Of a stretch of DNA of 64,000 nt, positions 39,570 to 54,189 are shown in pieces. Numbering within the stretch: the stretch's first letter is position 1; every line of letters begins with the position of its first letter. Source of the stretch: the human T2T-CHM13v2.0 reference genome, Homo sapiens; assembly GCF_009914755.1 (NCBI RefSeq), contig NC_060933.1, one strand, 5' to 3'. Below the pieces are notes generated by a model. It saw nothing but the letters and a program-made list of their open reading frames with translations. It was not told where the DNA came from and did not search any database. A program made the position numbers and the translations under genes.

Positions 39570-41295
39570 TAAGAATAGATATAAACAAACTAAGAATTGA
39601 TAATCTACAAATAAACCTGCACATTTACAGTCAATTGATTTTATACAAGGTTAACAAAAGAACAGAATGGGAAAAGAATAGTCTTTTCAACAAATGGTGC
39701 TGCGACAACTGGATATCCACATGCAAAAAATAAATAAAGTACGAAGAAAACCCTGGCATAAATCTTTGTGACTGCATTTGGCAGTGTTTTCTTAGCTATG
39801 ACTCCAAAGGAAAAATGGATTCAATGAACTTCAAAATTGAAAACTGCTGTACTTGAGAAGACAGTATCAAGAAGTGAAAAGGTAAGATACTGAGTAGAAG
39901 AAAGTATTTGAAAAGCATGTATCTGATAAGGGACTTACATATGTAGGATATATAAAGAACCTTTGCAATTCATAAATAACAAGATAACCCAATTTAAAAA
40001 ATGGGCAAAGATTTTGAATAGATATATTTGCAAAGAAGATATAAAGATGGATAATAAGCACATTAATAGATGCTTAATGTAATTAGTCATTAGGAAAAAG
40101 TAAATCAAAACCACGTGTGGTATCACTTCACACCACAGGATGAAACCTTTATTCAATAAAAAAGAGAAAATAAGTGTTAGGAAAAATGTAAAGAAATTAA
40201 AGCCCTTATCCAATGCTGCTGGGGATGTAAAGTGGTGCAGCCACTTTGGAAAACAAACTGGCAGCTCCTCAAAAGGTTAAGCATGAAGTTACCATATGAC
40301 CCAGAAATTCCAGTCATGAGTATATACTCCAGAAAATCAAAAACATATGCAAGCACAAAAACTCATACATAAATGTTTACAGCAGCATTATTAATAAGAG
40401 TGAAAAGTGGAAAGAACCAAAATGTCCATCACCTTTGGGTGGGAAAGAACCCAAAGGTCCATCACCTGGTGAATGGATAAATAAACTGTTTGATGTATCC
40501 ATACAATGGAATATCACTCAGCAATAAGAAGAAACTAAGTACTGATACTGTATTAGGAGGAGACAGCAAAATGCCTAGGCAGATAAGGAAGGGTCCCCGG
40601 AGAATCCCCAACAAGCCTCACAAGTGTTTACACCAGACGTTATGTGCAGATAAGGGAACCTGGACTTGTCTTGCCTGGACATGCCGGCAGCAGACCCGAG
40701 GCCCACAAGCACTGGGAGGATGGGGTGGAGTCACCAGGAATTCACGCCTTATGCAGAGCAGGAGCCTGGCCGCTTCAGCTCCTGTGCTCCTGGTATTCAA
40801 TTGTGAGGTGGAAACCTGTTTGCAGGACGCCCCTCTTTGCCGAGAGCTTTCCTTTCACTTAATAAATTCTGTCCTCCTCACCCTTCAATGTGTCTGTGTG
40901 CTTAATTTTTCCTGGTCATGAGAGAAGAACCCAGATTGAGCTGAACTAAGGAGCAAAAACCCTGCATCAATATCTGCTGCAGCACAGATGCAGCATGGAA
41001 AATTATGCTAAGTGAAATAAGCCAGTCACAGTAGACCACTTGCTTTTCATTTCAGAGGCTTATAGGCAAATCTATACAAAGAAGGTGGGTGGTTACCTAG
41101 GGCTGAGGGAGGAAGGGAAAACTAGTGAAGATAGCTAAATGATGTGGGGTTTGTTTTTAGGGTGATGAAAATGTTCTACAATTGATTGTAATGATGACTG
41201 CATAACTCTCTGAAAATACTGAAGTTAATAAATTGTATATTTTAAATGAGTGAATTGCATGGTGTGTTCATTATTTCTCAATAAACCTGTTACCC
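39570..41295 (+). mobile_element. L1MB-like 3' region, split by a solo LTR
   Basis: ttaccatatgacccag, gaatggataaataaac and terminal ctcaataaacctgtta motifs. Confidence 0.8.
40549..40969 (+). mobile_element. Solo ERV1-class LTR (MER61-like)
   Basis: TG...CA termini, AATAAA at 40861, 3' end gctgaactaaggagcaaaaaccctgcatca, imperfect 4-bp TSD atac/atat. Cleanly interrupts L1 sequence. Confidence 0.75.
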
Positions 41296-41529
41296 CCCAC
41301 CCCAAATTAATTTGGTACTAGTGATTTTGGTAGTAGTGATCTGGAGACAGGTAATGCTTGGTTTCAGATCACTGGCCAGGGTTCAAGGCCTAAGAGAATC
41401 AACAGCATGTCCTTTTCATAGAAAAAGAGATTGATATTTTAAAAGCTATCCTTTTCATTAGTTTCAAGTCTGTAAAATTAAATGAAAAATCTTTCACTGC
41501 TTAAAGCACTGACAGATTTATATTGAGGA

Positions 41530-41870
41530 ATAAGACCTTGTTTTCCTTGGCCCCAATTTCTATCTAAAGGGTCTGGGAATCACACCCTTCAAACTATCAA
41601 ATCTCATCAGATGGGTTTTATTAACTCTTATAATGTGGCTTCCTTTCTAACCTGATTCTGGTGCAGCATCACAGAGAGAAGAAGATGAAGGAAATCAAAA
41701 TATTTTACCCCCAAATATATTTTTTTGTCATATTTTGAAATGGCTGCTGCAGGGCCAAGAGATTGAAATGGCCCTCATTAATGTAGCCCAATCTCTCCCC
41801 TTCTAGTTCTTCCCAGATCTGGGGAAGATTAACTAAGAGCCTGAGGCATTTAAAGTCTGAAAAGATATAT
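41530..41870 (+). mobile_element. ERV1 LTR fragment (MER34/MER39-like)
   Basis: aaaatattttacccccaaatatattt...catattttgaaatggc motif. Confidence 0.55.
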
Positions 41871-41984
41871 TTACCCTCTATTTTCTCAACATATTTTGGC
41901 AGAATTTGGGTTTTTCCATTATCAATATTTTCCAAAATTACATGATTTTTAATACCAAAACTGATTTAAAATTACCATACGTTG

Positions 41985-42478
41985 GAATATAAATTATTCT
42001 ATTATAAAGATACATGCATTTGTATGTTCATTGCAGCACTATTCACAACAGTAAAGCCATGGAATCAACCCAGATGTCCATCAGTGATAGACGGGATAAA
42101 GAAAATGTGGTACATATACACCATGGAATACTATGGAGCCATAAAAATGAATGAGATCATGCTTTTTGCAGGGATATGGATGAGCTCAAAGCTGATATCT
42201 TCAGCAAACTAATGCAGGAAGAAAAAAACAAACACTGCATCTTCTCACTTATAAGTGGGAGCTGAATGATGAGAACACATGGACTCGGGGAGGGGAACAA
42301 CAAACACTGGGGCCTGTTAGGATCAGGAGGGAGAGCATCAAGATCAATAGCTAATGCCTGCAGGGCTTAATATCTAGGTGATGGATTGATAGGTGCAGCA
42401 AACCAACATGACACACGTTTACCTATATAACAAACCTGCACGTCTCACACATGTAATCTAGACCTTAAGATAAAATAA
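41985..42478 (+). mobile_element. 5'-truncated L1PA 3' end
   Basis: Peptide YYKDTCICMFIAALFT...KKMWYIYTMEYY, followed by L1PA 3'UTR. Confidence 0.9.
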
Positions 42479-42486
42479 TTTTTTTA

Positions 42487-42648
<162 letters not shown>

Positions 42649-42857
42649 TCAAGTATTTTTAAGAGTAAATATTTAATAATTGTTTAAACATCTGTTATGG
42701 CATATCAAAGAAACAAATCTATAAACTATGTTACTTTCAGTTTCAACTGAACATAGTTTGAAAGCATTCTATATGAAATTATAATCTTAGATAAATAATA
42801 TGAAGAATAATTTTATGGCATATATGGCAGGTAAAGTGATATTATAGCCATACAGTG

Positions 42858-43210
<353 letters not shown>

Positions 43211-44099
43211 TAAGTAAAATAACGTATTACTAAATATAAGCCATAACCCAGAGATGAGTAACCAAGATAAAAAAGTAAAACACATACATTTAAAAAGACA
43301 CAAAAGTACATTTTGATACCCACTGACCACAGTCTATCAGAAGAAAAAAAAGTACATACAAAAAGCATCAAGGAGATCATTCAATGTAGAAAAAGAGAAG
43401 AAAACATCTTTAATATCTGAGTTGAGGAGAAAAAGGATACAGGCAGTTTTAGAAAAAAGGAAAGGGGCAGAGAGATGTGTGACGATTTAAAGACTTTGAA
43501 GAAGAGATCTAGACATCTTTGCTGACATAATGTCAACAAAATGAAAGAGATACAAAACCATGTAGAGAAAAGCAATGACAGAAAAATGTTGATTCTAATC
43601 AGAAAACCAAATTAAGTGCTCAGTAAATAAATAGAAAAGTAGCTGTGTTCAGGGCTTCAAAGACAGATTCCATTGTTTTTAAAAAAAATCTGTGATCAAA
43701 ACATGAATGTTCATTTTACTTTTTCTTTAAGTTATACATATATTTTTATATATATGAAATTTATTTATGTAAAACAAGTTTAATAACATGTATACTTCAT
43801 GTATACAACAGAGGTACTCATGTACAATGAGTAAATTTCCACGTTTTATATCTAAAAGAAAAAGCAGAAACAAAATATAAGCTACATATCAAGATAAATT
43901 TGATGTTAAAGAATGACACAAACAGGTCTTCTTTAAACAATTTGAATGCAGCAGAGGATACTACAAAAGGAAGAAAAAATGACCACAGACAGCAAAAAAT
44001 ATCTTCAGAAATAAAAATTCAAACCAGATAATGAAGAGTGCACTGGACATTATATGTCCAAGGCGTGGTCATTGTTTTCAAAATCATTAAAGAATAAGT

Positions 44100-44380
44100 G
44101 GCTGGGCATGGTGGCTCATGTCACTTTGGGAGGCCGAGGCGGGCAGATCACGAGGTCAGGAATTCAAGACCAGCCTGACCAACTTGGCAAAACCCCGTCT
44201 CTAATAAAAATACAAAAATTAGCCGGGTGTGGTGGCACATGCCTGTAATGCCAGCTACTCAGGAGGCTGAGGCAGGAAAATTGCTTGGAGGCATAGGTTG
44301 CAGTGAGCCAAGACCGCGCCATTGTACTCCAGCCTGGGAAACAAAGCCAGACTTTTTCTCAAAAAAAAAAAAAAAAAGAA
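44100..44380 (+). mobile_element. AluS element with small deletions
   Basis: Alu consensus and poly-A. Confidence 0.92.
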
Positions 44381-44616
44381 TATTTTGGCATTCAAAAAAA
44401 ATTTCACCTTGCCCCAGCAGCTCAGCTGACTCCCGCCCCCATGACACACGTCTAAAAAGTTGTGCTGTGAGTTTCTGAAATACATTTTAAAATAGAATTC
44501 ATTTAATTATGAAAATGCAAACATAAAATGAATTTGTATCTGGGTTTTAGTCAAGTAAAATTAGAGTTAAATCAATTAATAAATGGCTAACATGTTCTAC
44601 AATATGAAAACCATAC

Positions 44617-44729
44617 CCAGTTGCCTCTTCTTCTAATTCATCATTTTTCTTTCTTATTCGATTCACATTATACTTCAGTGATGATATTAACTCAAAAAGT
44701 TTTCTTAATTCTTCATTTTCTTTTTTAGG
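44617..44729 (-). CDS. Putative extension exon 2 (PKKENEELRKLFELISSLKYNVNRIRKKNDELEEEATG)
   Basis: Acceptor tttttttaag, donor GTATGG, 113 nt open. ANKRD18-like. Confidence 0.6.
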
Positions 44730-45517
44730 CTTAAAAAAAGTGTTTAAAATTATTTTTGTAAAATCTGGAGACCCTCTTTTATCTCAAAAATATTATTTCT
44801 CATAAGTGGATTAGTAATACATATACGTATTTATGCAGGTGTATAAAGTGCATTTTATAAACCTGATGCCAATAAGGTCAGATTTCAATAATAGTCACTT
44901 TTCTTAAAACTGCTAAAAATGATTCAAATTTTCATCATTATCTTTTCTGAAATTTAAACTGCCAACAATGTTTGTTACAAATGAGGGTTTTTACACACAA
45001 AATACTAAGGGTTAGTTAAAAAAAAAAAGAGTAGTTATATTTACATTTTAGTTTTTAAAGATGCTCTAGAAATATTGTTTTTAACAGTTTAAGATATTCC
45101 AAGTTTTCTTAAATTACATCTTACTAAGACAAATTTTAGAAAACTCTTATCTAGTTCCCATTACATTTTTCATCCTCATCTGTCTTCAGGCTGAGCTAAA
45201 TACTGTCATTCTAAGTATTCATCCACAGGTTTCAGTTTTTCCCTTTCTCTTAACCATTTCTCTTTAAATAAAGTTTATTTTTTCTACAATAAACAAAAAC
45301 AACTTTCGTCTACTTTTTGTGGCTTTTGTATTATCCTGTTTCTCTCCTTCCATTGGACTCTATGACACATGGTCTCATTCAGAAATCTTTTTTCATCAAT
45401 TATTGTGTTTTTTATACTGAAATCTGATTTTTAATAATTCCAATAAAAAAGTCCAACGGTCATGAATGACTTTATCCTGCTTTACTCAGCAGAGCAGTGA
45501 CCAAATGCTCCCTCTGC

Positions 45518-45954
<437 letters not shown>

Positions 45955-46307
45955 AGCTATTTCACTTTTTAAATTCTCTCAGGACTCCTAAAATCTCAAA
46001 ACTTTGACCTAGATTCCCTAATCTACATTTCCAGCTCTGACCTTTTTCTTGAGGTCTCTTCCTTCTAGTACACATATTATAGACAATATTCTCCACCACA
46101 TTCTCATACATTGCTACTTGGTGCAGATTACTTTTGTAGATAGTGAATCTTGTCTATTTTATGTTGGTTCTTATTGATGTTACTTTGAGTATACTGTTAT
46201 TTTCTAATCTCAAAGGGGGACTATCTCACTGTTACGACACTAACCAGTATACTTTGTCCTTTTTTTCATTCTTTCTTCTTTTTTGGACCAATATACTTTG
46301 TCCTTTT

Positions 46308-46598
46308 CTTTTTTTGAGATGGAGTCACACTGTGTCATCCAGGCTGGAGTGCAGTGGTTGCCATCTCAGCTTACTGCAACTTCTACCTCCTGGGTTCAAG
46401 TGATTCTCCTGCCTCTGCCTCGCAAGTAGCTGGGACTACAGGTGCACACCACCACGCCTGGCTAATTTTTGTATTTTCAGTAGAGACAGGGTTTCACCAT
46501 GTTGGTCAGGCTGTTTTTGAACTCCTGACCTCACGTAATCCACCCCTCTCAGCCTCCCAAAGTGTTGGGATTACAGATGTGAGCCATGGAACCCGGCC
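46308..46598 (-). mobile_element. AluS element
   Basis: Reverse Alu consensus. Confidence 0.93.
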
Positions 46599-47017
46599 CT
46601 CTTTTTCTTTGATAATGAAAACTTTCCCATGAAAATCAGATTATCAATTGTTTGCCTTTGTTTTCTTTTAAATAATTTCCTTTTCCATAGAGATATGGCA
46701 TGATGAACATCTTGTTCTAAAGTTCCTTTTGGGGGACACTCAACTATGTCATCAGGAAGCTTCAGTAAGTAGAGATCTCCCTTCTTCCCATTCAAGATTC
46801 TTCATCTCAAAATGGTGTCTACCAAATGTCTTAATCCAGGTAGTCCCTTGCTTAGAAATTCATGAAATAAGAACCTTCTGGAGAAGTTAGAGGCTACTGA
46901 TTGAGATGGTTTAAAGCTGCCCCCTATTATGTGTTTTACTCCCAAGGCAGACATCAAAGCGTCTAATAATTCTATGCCTGATGTCTAACTCACTTCTATG
47001 GGAATCTATACAACATG

Positions 47018-47287
47018 TTTTATTTATGAGACAGAGTCTCCCTCTGCTACCTAGGCTGGAGTGCAGTGGCTTGATCACTGCTCACTGCAGCCTCAATATT
47101 CCAAGCTCAAACGACCCTCCTACCACAGCCTCCCAATGTAGCTGGGACTACAGGCATGCACCACCATGCCTCAGCTAAGTGTTTAAAAAAATTTTTTTTT
47201 TTTTTTAGAGACAGAGTCTCACTATATTGCTTTGGCTGGTCTCAAACTCCTGGGCTCAAGCAATCCTCCTGCCTCAGCCTTCCAAAA
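47018..47287 (-). mobile_element. AluJ-like element, head truncated
   Basis: cactgcagcctcaa...ctcctgggctcaagcaatcc. Confidence 0.85.
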
Positions 47288-48384
47288 CCAGGTGTTTAAC
47301 TGGGGACTAACATGAAGCACTTAGAAGACTACATGGAACATAGTGAGCTACATAAAATATTTGCTATTAGCATAATAATTTTATTGTATATCTTAACAAA
47401 ATTGTGTATTTTACGCAGGTGGCATGCCAATGGAAGTAGTCTCCTATAGCTGCACTGAATCATTCTTAACACTGAGAGTTGCAGCAAATGGGGGACATAA
47501 TTTATAACTTACTTTTCTCTCTGTATGACTCATTAGGCAATGACTGTGTATGTACTACAATGTAAATAGCACCTCCTGGATGGAATAGTACGTAACTGAC
47601 ATGACCAGCAGAGACAGGCTAAAGACACTGAGCTGAAAACCCTGGACTCTATTGCTAAGTCAAGGCTCCTGAATCCGTTCCCTCTGAGCAACTGTTGCTG
47701 TGGTGCTGCCTTCACAAGCACTCTGCTGAGCACTCAGATTGAGGGGCTGTGCTATCCTTCATCAGACAAGCTGCACCCAGAACTGTTCAGCTGACAGACT
47801 GGGAGCAGTCCAGAAACACAGTAATGGCTGCATAGTGAAAAAAGGCCAATTTATATTCTTTTTCATAGAGAGAAAAACATAAACACGTGATTGAACCCAT
47901 CTCCTGTGTTAGACTAATTGGGTTAGATTTGATATTTAATTGCTAAAAATATATTTAGAATATAACCTTACTGTGTCAAGGTCTCAAAGAAGAAATAATT
48001 GGTATGGTATAAATGATTGAATTGTATGCTACAAACTTCTAAGCTAAAATATTTTCAATGTATGTAAGGATAGGTGGCATACACATTATATATTATTCCC
48101 CCATTAAGCAAATTTATAATGAGAGAAAATTATCTTCCATAAAAAATAAAAGCCATGTAAAATTAAGGACTAAGTTTTTCAGCACAGACTAGACAACGAT
48201 TGCTAACACATAAGGTCAATGACAGAACAGTCAGAGAAAGCTTCATGAAAACAAAAAAATTGTCTGCCAGGTCTGAATGAATGAGGCTAGATGAACAGAA
48301 ACTGAGAAGGCAGAAAGAATAGCATGAGCAAGACAAGTGCTGAAATCTGCCCAATTAACTCTGAGGATACAGTCCAATGGCAGG

Positions 48385-48880
48385 GAAATAAAAACCCGTG
48401 TCCACATAATAACCTGTAAGTGAATGTTCACAGCAGCATTTTTCATAATAGCTAAAAAGTGGAAACTAACCTAAAGGTCCATCAACTGATGAACGAATGG
48501 AAAACCAGTATAGCCATGGAATAGAATATCATTTAACTATAAGAAGAAATAAACTACGAATGTGTGCTAAAACATGCATGAATTCTGAAAACATTATGCT
48601 AAGTGAAAAAGCCAGTCACAAAGGACTACATATTGTATAACTCTATGTATATGAAATATGCAGAACAGGCAAACATATGGAGACAAAAGTAGACGGTGGT
48701 TGCCTACAACAGGGGTAGGTGGAGGGACATGGAGGAAGGCTGCAGTCATGCCTAGGAGATGTAGGGTCACTTTTCAGGGTGACGAAAATGCTGTGAACAT
48801 ACTAATAGACACTGAGTTGTACATTTTAAATGGTTGAACTGTCTGATATGTGAATGACATCTCAGTGAATCTTTTTAAAA
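48385..48880 (+). mobile_element. Old L1M 3' fragment
   Basis: gaatgttcacagcagca and aaaacattatgctaagtgaaaaagccagtcacaaagg motifs. Confidence 0.75.
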
Positions 48881-49520
48881 TCCAAAGGCAGGATCAAGAT
48901 AATTTTCTCAACTCTTAATTTTTGATGTACATGCTATATCAAATCTAAATATTTCTACAGTTTTACAGTATATTTTAAATAAAAGATAGATAAAGAAAAT
49001 GCCTAACTTTTCAAATAGTTTGTAAATTAACCTAAAACATGCACATTTCAAAGAATAGTATAATGGCCTTCCTGTACAAGTTAACCTAGAATCTGTGAAA
49101 CAAATAGACACAGATTCTGTGTCCATTCACAAAAGTGAAGAAATAAGACAATTTTCTGGACCATTCCATGAAACATTCTCCTCTGATTTAATCTGGCCTG
49201 CCTCATCAGAGCAATACAAAAATTACTTAAAAATACTGTTTAACAGGAAAAAAGTCAATTTTCTATGAGGAATGATGTATAATTCTCAACTTTTCCAAGG
49301 GTACATATTGTAAGAGAAAAGGTATGCAATGGTTTCTCAAAATGGTATAATGAAAGTCACAATATAAAAAAATAAGTACATTATAAAGATAGTAAAATGG
49401 AAATCATTCATTATAATGAAAATAAAAAATCAAGCTTCTGCCAAAATTAGTATCCTAAAACACGTTATATAATTCAACTAGCTACAGAATAACTGTTGAC
49501 ATGTTAAATTCCATACATAC

Positions 49521-49670
49521 TTGACTTTTCACTTGAAATAATTTCTTATTTGAGGCCTGTGTCTCATCCAAATTAATGTGACAACGTGATATACCTTCCA
49601 GTGGAGACTCTAACGTCGTTAATTTTTTTACGCTGTCAGCCACTTCTTGTTGAAGTTGTCTCACAACCAT
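49521..49670 (-). CDS. Putative extension exon 1 (MVVRQLQQEVADSVKK...KKLFQVKSQ)
   Basis: Acceptor ttttatcag, donor GTATGT, 150 nt, phase 0/0. ANKRD18/ANKRD26/CCDC144-like. Confidence 0.62.
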
Positions 49671-50819
49671 CTGATAAAATATTTTTGTTACTGATTCTAT
49701 AAACTGCCTTATTAAATTATGTTAATAATGTTTAATTCTAACATATCTACTTTGAAAATTAACACCACACATATCAATTCACCTTCTTTTAATCACATGT
49801 ACACATTTTTATTTATTACTGAATTCAGTGAGGGATGCAGAATATGTTCTCTTCCTGCCAAATTGGTATTCTCTTACTTACACAACAGATTCATTCCAAC
49901 ATTCAATCATCTCAGAAGCTCAACTCAGCCTCAAAGTTCCTAACATATTCAATCACCTGTTCAAATCCTTCCAACAGATTCCTATCTCAGAATAAAAGTA
50001 AAATTCCAATGGCCTTTGAGGCCCTAGGTAAAAAGGCCTCTACCTCCCTCTCTGACTTCAAAGCTCCTACAACTCCCTCCTGTAATTACTCCATTCCCAC
50101 TGTATGTGAAGCCTGCCACCCCTCAGTCTGAAAATGGAGATGTAGTGCCTAACTCGTAAATCACAGACAGCTACAAGTATCTTTGTACTGAACAAAATTA
50201 TATTCCAATGACAGTCATTGAGCCTTGCAATAAAAATTATGAGCTAATTATTAATATAAATATTCAAAGTAAACTATAAATACCAGTGGGAAAACTAAAC
50301 CAAATATAGTTTTGCTAAGTTTTACCACATTTATCCTAAATTATGATTTTATAACAAGTAGGTGCCTTTAAAACATTACGTGGTCATAAAAATATGTAAT
50401 TTGACATATTTTCAGATTTGTTAATATGAATAATAACAAAGCTATACCAACTAAAATACATAAAAAGCTAGTTAAAGCAAGGTATTACAAGACACAGCAA
50501 TACACTTCAATTCATCTGGGGAATCTAGAATTAAGTGTCGAAGAAAATCACTTAATTAAATTTTAATTTGAAAATACTCACTTCAGGTGTAAGCATTTCC
50601 ATTTATAACTACATTATGGTCTTAACATGTGGCAACATAAAGACATTAAAATTACTATTTCAGCAGTACAGAACTATCTACCTTAAAATATGACTCTGTG
50701 CCTAATAAAATTTCATAGGTGACACAATGTCTTTTCTCAAAGTAAATCATCTCTCACCTCTATCTTTTATTTCCTAGAAATGAGGCATGTTTCTAAGCCG
50801 ATATAGTAAACACATTTTT

Positions 50820-51098
50820 CCTTTTTTTATTAAAACAGCTTTGTTGAAATATAATTTACATACTATAGAATGTATCTGTTTTAACTTAAAGTTAAAAGAT
50901 TTTTAGTACATTTACTGAGTTGTGCAGCCATCTCTACAATCCAACTTTAGAGCACTTCCATTACTGTAAGATTCCTCATGCCCATTAGCAGTCACTACCA
51001 GCTTCCAGCCCCAGCCCCTTGCAAACATGAATCTACTTTTTGTCCCTATACATTTATCTTTTCTAGATGCTTCATGTAAACGGAATTATACAGTATGG
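50820..51098 (-). mobile_element. Old L1M 3' end, same strand as the gene
   Basis: aaacagctttgttgaaatataatttacatac...ggaattatacagtatg, reverse L1M 3'UTR. Confidence 0.75.
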
Positions 51099-51163
51099 TA
51101 AACACACTTTTAATCTAGATTTTTATATTCAACTAAGTTCAACATGTATCCAGAACCAAATGT

Positions 51164-52138
51164 TTAAATTTTCTTTCTAGAAGTTTGAAAATATTTATCT
51201 TCCTTGATACTTACTACTCCTTCTGTTTTCTCTCTCTCATACTGAAAGAGACTTTCTTTTAAATGATCACATTCATTCATTAGCTTCTTACTTTTCTCTT
51301 CTAGCACGAGGTCTTTCTTTCCACTCTCAATAAAGCCTCTTTGGATATTAGTTACTATCTCTTTATGATCCTCTTTCTGATGAACGTCATCTAGTTGCTG
51401 TACAAGCCACGCATTTTCACGTTGGAGGTGACATATCCTCTCTTCTACACAGTTCCACTTTCCAGTGGAATTATTCACTTTAGCTTCTGCATTTTGATAC
51501 ATCTCTTTCATTTCCTGTGTTTGCTGCTGTGTTTGGCTTAGGTCGTTTTGTACAGTTTCTAAAGCCAATGACTTTTTTCTGAGACTATCTCTTGTCTTAC
51601 GGAACTTATCTTTTAAGGCATTGAATTTAATTTGTGTTTCAGAAAGTTGTTCAGTAAGAAACTCATTCTCATCTTTTACTTTGGAAATAGCAGAACTCAT
51701 TTCTACTTGTACAGAAACATCTTGTGTTCTCTCTAAAGCAAGTTTTAGGTTTCTTTCTGTTTTCACACTTTCACTGTGTTTGCTTATAGCAGCAGCCAGT
51801 CTAGACTGATAAGATTCAATGTCAGCTTCCAGTCTTTTCTTGCTTTCTTTTTCCTTCAACAGTTCGGCATTGAGCCTTGTATTCTCAGCCTTGAGATCAT
51901 TAAGCTCTTGTTGATACCGGAATGCTGTTTCTGTTATCATTTCCTCATTGAGTTTTATATACTTTTCAAGGGCAGCATTTGTTTCTTTAACAATTTTAAT
52001 GTCCTTAAGATATTTATTTTCTTTTTCCAAGTTGTCATTTTTCATTGTACATATTTCCTGTCTGAGTATAGCAATATCTGCCTTCAAAATGCAATTTTCA
52101 TCCATCAGACCTTTCATTTCTTCATGATTATGAAAATC
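51164..52138 (-). CDS. ANKRD20A: ANKRD20A-family large coiled-coil exon (DFHNHEEMKGLMDENC...EREKTEGV|VSIKEDKYFQTSRKKI*)
   Basis: 317-aa ORF near-identical to the recalled ANKRD20A C-terminus. Acceptor tttatttag at 52139; in-frame internal donor GTAAGT after 51215. Confidence 0.92.
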   Translation of the reverse strand, partial: DFHNHEEMKGLMDENCILKADIAILRQEICTMKNDNLEKENKYLKDIKIVKETNAALEKYIKLNEEMITETAFRYQQELNDLKAENTRLNAELLKEKESKKRLEADIESYQSRLAAAISKHSESVKTERNLKLALERTQDVSVQVEMSSAISKVKDENEFLTEQLSETQIKFNALKDKFRKTRDSLRKKSLALETVQNDLSQTQQQTQEMKEMYQNAEAKVNNSTGKWNCVEERICHLQRENAWLVQQLDDVHQKEDHKEIVTNIQRGFIESGKKDLVLEEKSKKLMNECDHLKESLFQYEREKTEGVVSIKEDKYFQTSRKKI

Positions 52139-53306
52139 CTAAATAAAACAAAAGAAAGTTTTAGCTAGTACTCAATAAAATAACATATCATGATTACCTC
52201 TGAAGTTAAAGAATAACCTGCACATCCGTACCACTAAAAAGTTTACCATAAGTGGATATCCACCTGGAGAAAAAGTTGAAGCAAAACTTTGAACCTTATA
52301 GAGCATAAATTCCAGAAAGTTCAGAAATGTATTTAGAGTCAATGAATTTATAAAAGTAAACACACACACACACCCCAGAGAATTTTTAAGAATATCAGAA
52401 TTGGAAAAGCCTTTCCCTGAATTACAACAAACTCAAAAGCATAAATTAAAGCATTAACAAATTTGACTAAATTAAGATATATCAAAAAATTGCATTTACA
52501 CTTTGATATCTAACCCATACACCACCCTATAGTAAGAACTTTTGTTCACACGTATTTGGACAGATAAAATTTCCCAGAGTTATTACAGTTCTGTTTCACT
52601 GATAACATTCTATTTCAGTTTGACTCTTTTAACACTTTTATAGTCAGTTATAAGAATTACATTCACTAAATCATAAACTAGACATTATACTAGTCACTCC
52701 TATATACATTCATTGATGAACTCATCTAGTTACCACAATTTTGAAAAAGAAATGTTAAAAATATAAGCAAGCTACAGGATTTTCCCCAGGACTTCTGACT
52801 CTACTTCTAGTTCTCCAACAGATCACAGTTACTTCTGTGGTGTAAATACATCAATACGAAAGAAAACTTTTATTTCAAAACGCCAATAGTAAATAAGATA
52901 AAATTTATAGAGCTCTTCTTAGAATATCATGAGATTATTTGCGATTGCAATAATTTCTGTTTCCTCTTTATAATATTAGGTGCAGTAATCAATATGAAAT
53001 ACGGGAAAGTACAAGGAAAAATTTTACCTGGAACAAAATTTTTATCAATAGGTTATCACTAAGTATAAATTATGGCATATTATTGTTTTCAAAAGCTCTT
53101 TGTAATAAAATAATATCCTATGTGGATGCCAAGATTTATAATAAATATTAATAATTGTACCTGTAAGTGTCATCATTCATTTTTAAAAATGAGATAACAT
53201 TTATGGTTTTAGACCTAAACAATATATATTAAATCAAGTGGATATTATAAGTAACAGTGATAAGATAAAGTTTAAAATATAGAATTTTTACCAAAGATTG
53301 ATTTAC

Positions 53307-53487
53307 CCGATTTGGAGTATTTCTTGCAGTCTTTGATTTCATCTCTAGTGACTGAACAGTTGGTTCAAGTTGTTTTGCTTCAACTTCTTTCTTGTATTGT
53401 TTCTCTTTCCTTTCTAATTCTTCTCTATTTTTTTTGTACAGCATATTAACATTTGTTTTTTCTTCATTTTCTTGTTTTAAGGTGCAT
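53307..53487 (-). CDS. ANKRD20A: ANKRD20A-family exon (CTLKQENEEKTNV...ARNTPNR)
   Basis: Acceptor tctgtag, donor GTAAAT, 181 nt, phase-compatible with both neighbours. Confidence 0.9.
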
Positions 53488-54189
53488 CTACAGATAAAGA
53501 CATTTATCTTAAAATTCATTTTGTTAAAAAATAAGGAGTTCATCCTGTTATCTACCTCTGCAGATGTTGTTTATTATCCTAACAAAATTTCTATGTTCTG
53601 GATTATTTTTCCTTTGCAGTTCTCAGATATTTAATTTCTCACTTCAACATCTTCAAATGAATGCATATACTTGAAAAGTAGTAAGGAAAGAATATTCTGC
53701 TAAAGTTTTTGTTACTAGTCACTCTAATATATATTATAAAAAAGGATACCAGAGATAATTCAGTAAAGTTACAGGTTCAAAATTACCTTTTAAAATCACA
53801 CAGTCATAATTACTCCCTAATTAGAAAAGACCATTTACAATCAACTAAATTTTTAAAGTTACTATTTATTGACAAGCGCATAAGTTCACTAGAAATAAAT
53901 TTTCATCTTTATGAAATATTGCAGGTGTTTCTCCAAATGATTTACAGAGTGAGATGACACCTTCAGATGTCTCTCACACAAACTATATCTGCAGATGACT
54001 GTCATCCAAAACTAGGCTAAAGAGTCTAACATCTGTTTCCCCACACTTTTTATATTTCTTTCTTAATACTTTCAATTCACCTTCTTATTACATATATTTT
54101 ATATATTCATTAACCTATTGTTCATTATGTGTAATATATAATTAATGCATGTTAATTATATATTAAAAAGTGTGTGTATGTTTACACCA

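Noticed and set aside
49900-50170. Possible L2/MIR relics (also ~27580-27990 and 60230-60540)
   Set aside because: Too degenerate to delimit or classify without a search.
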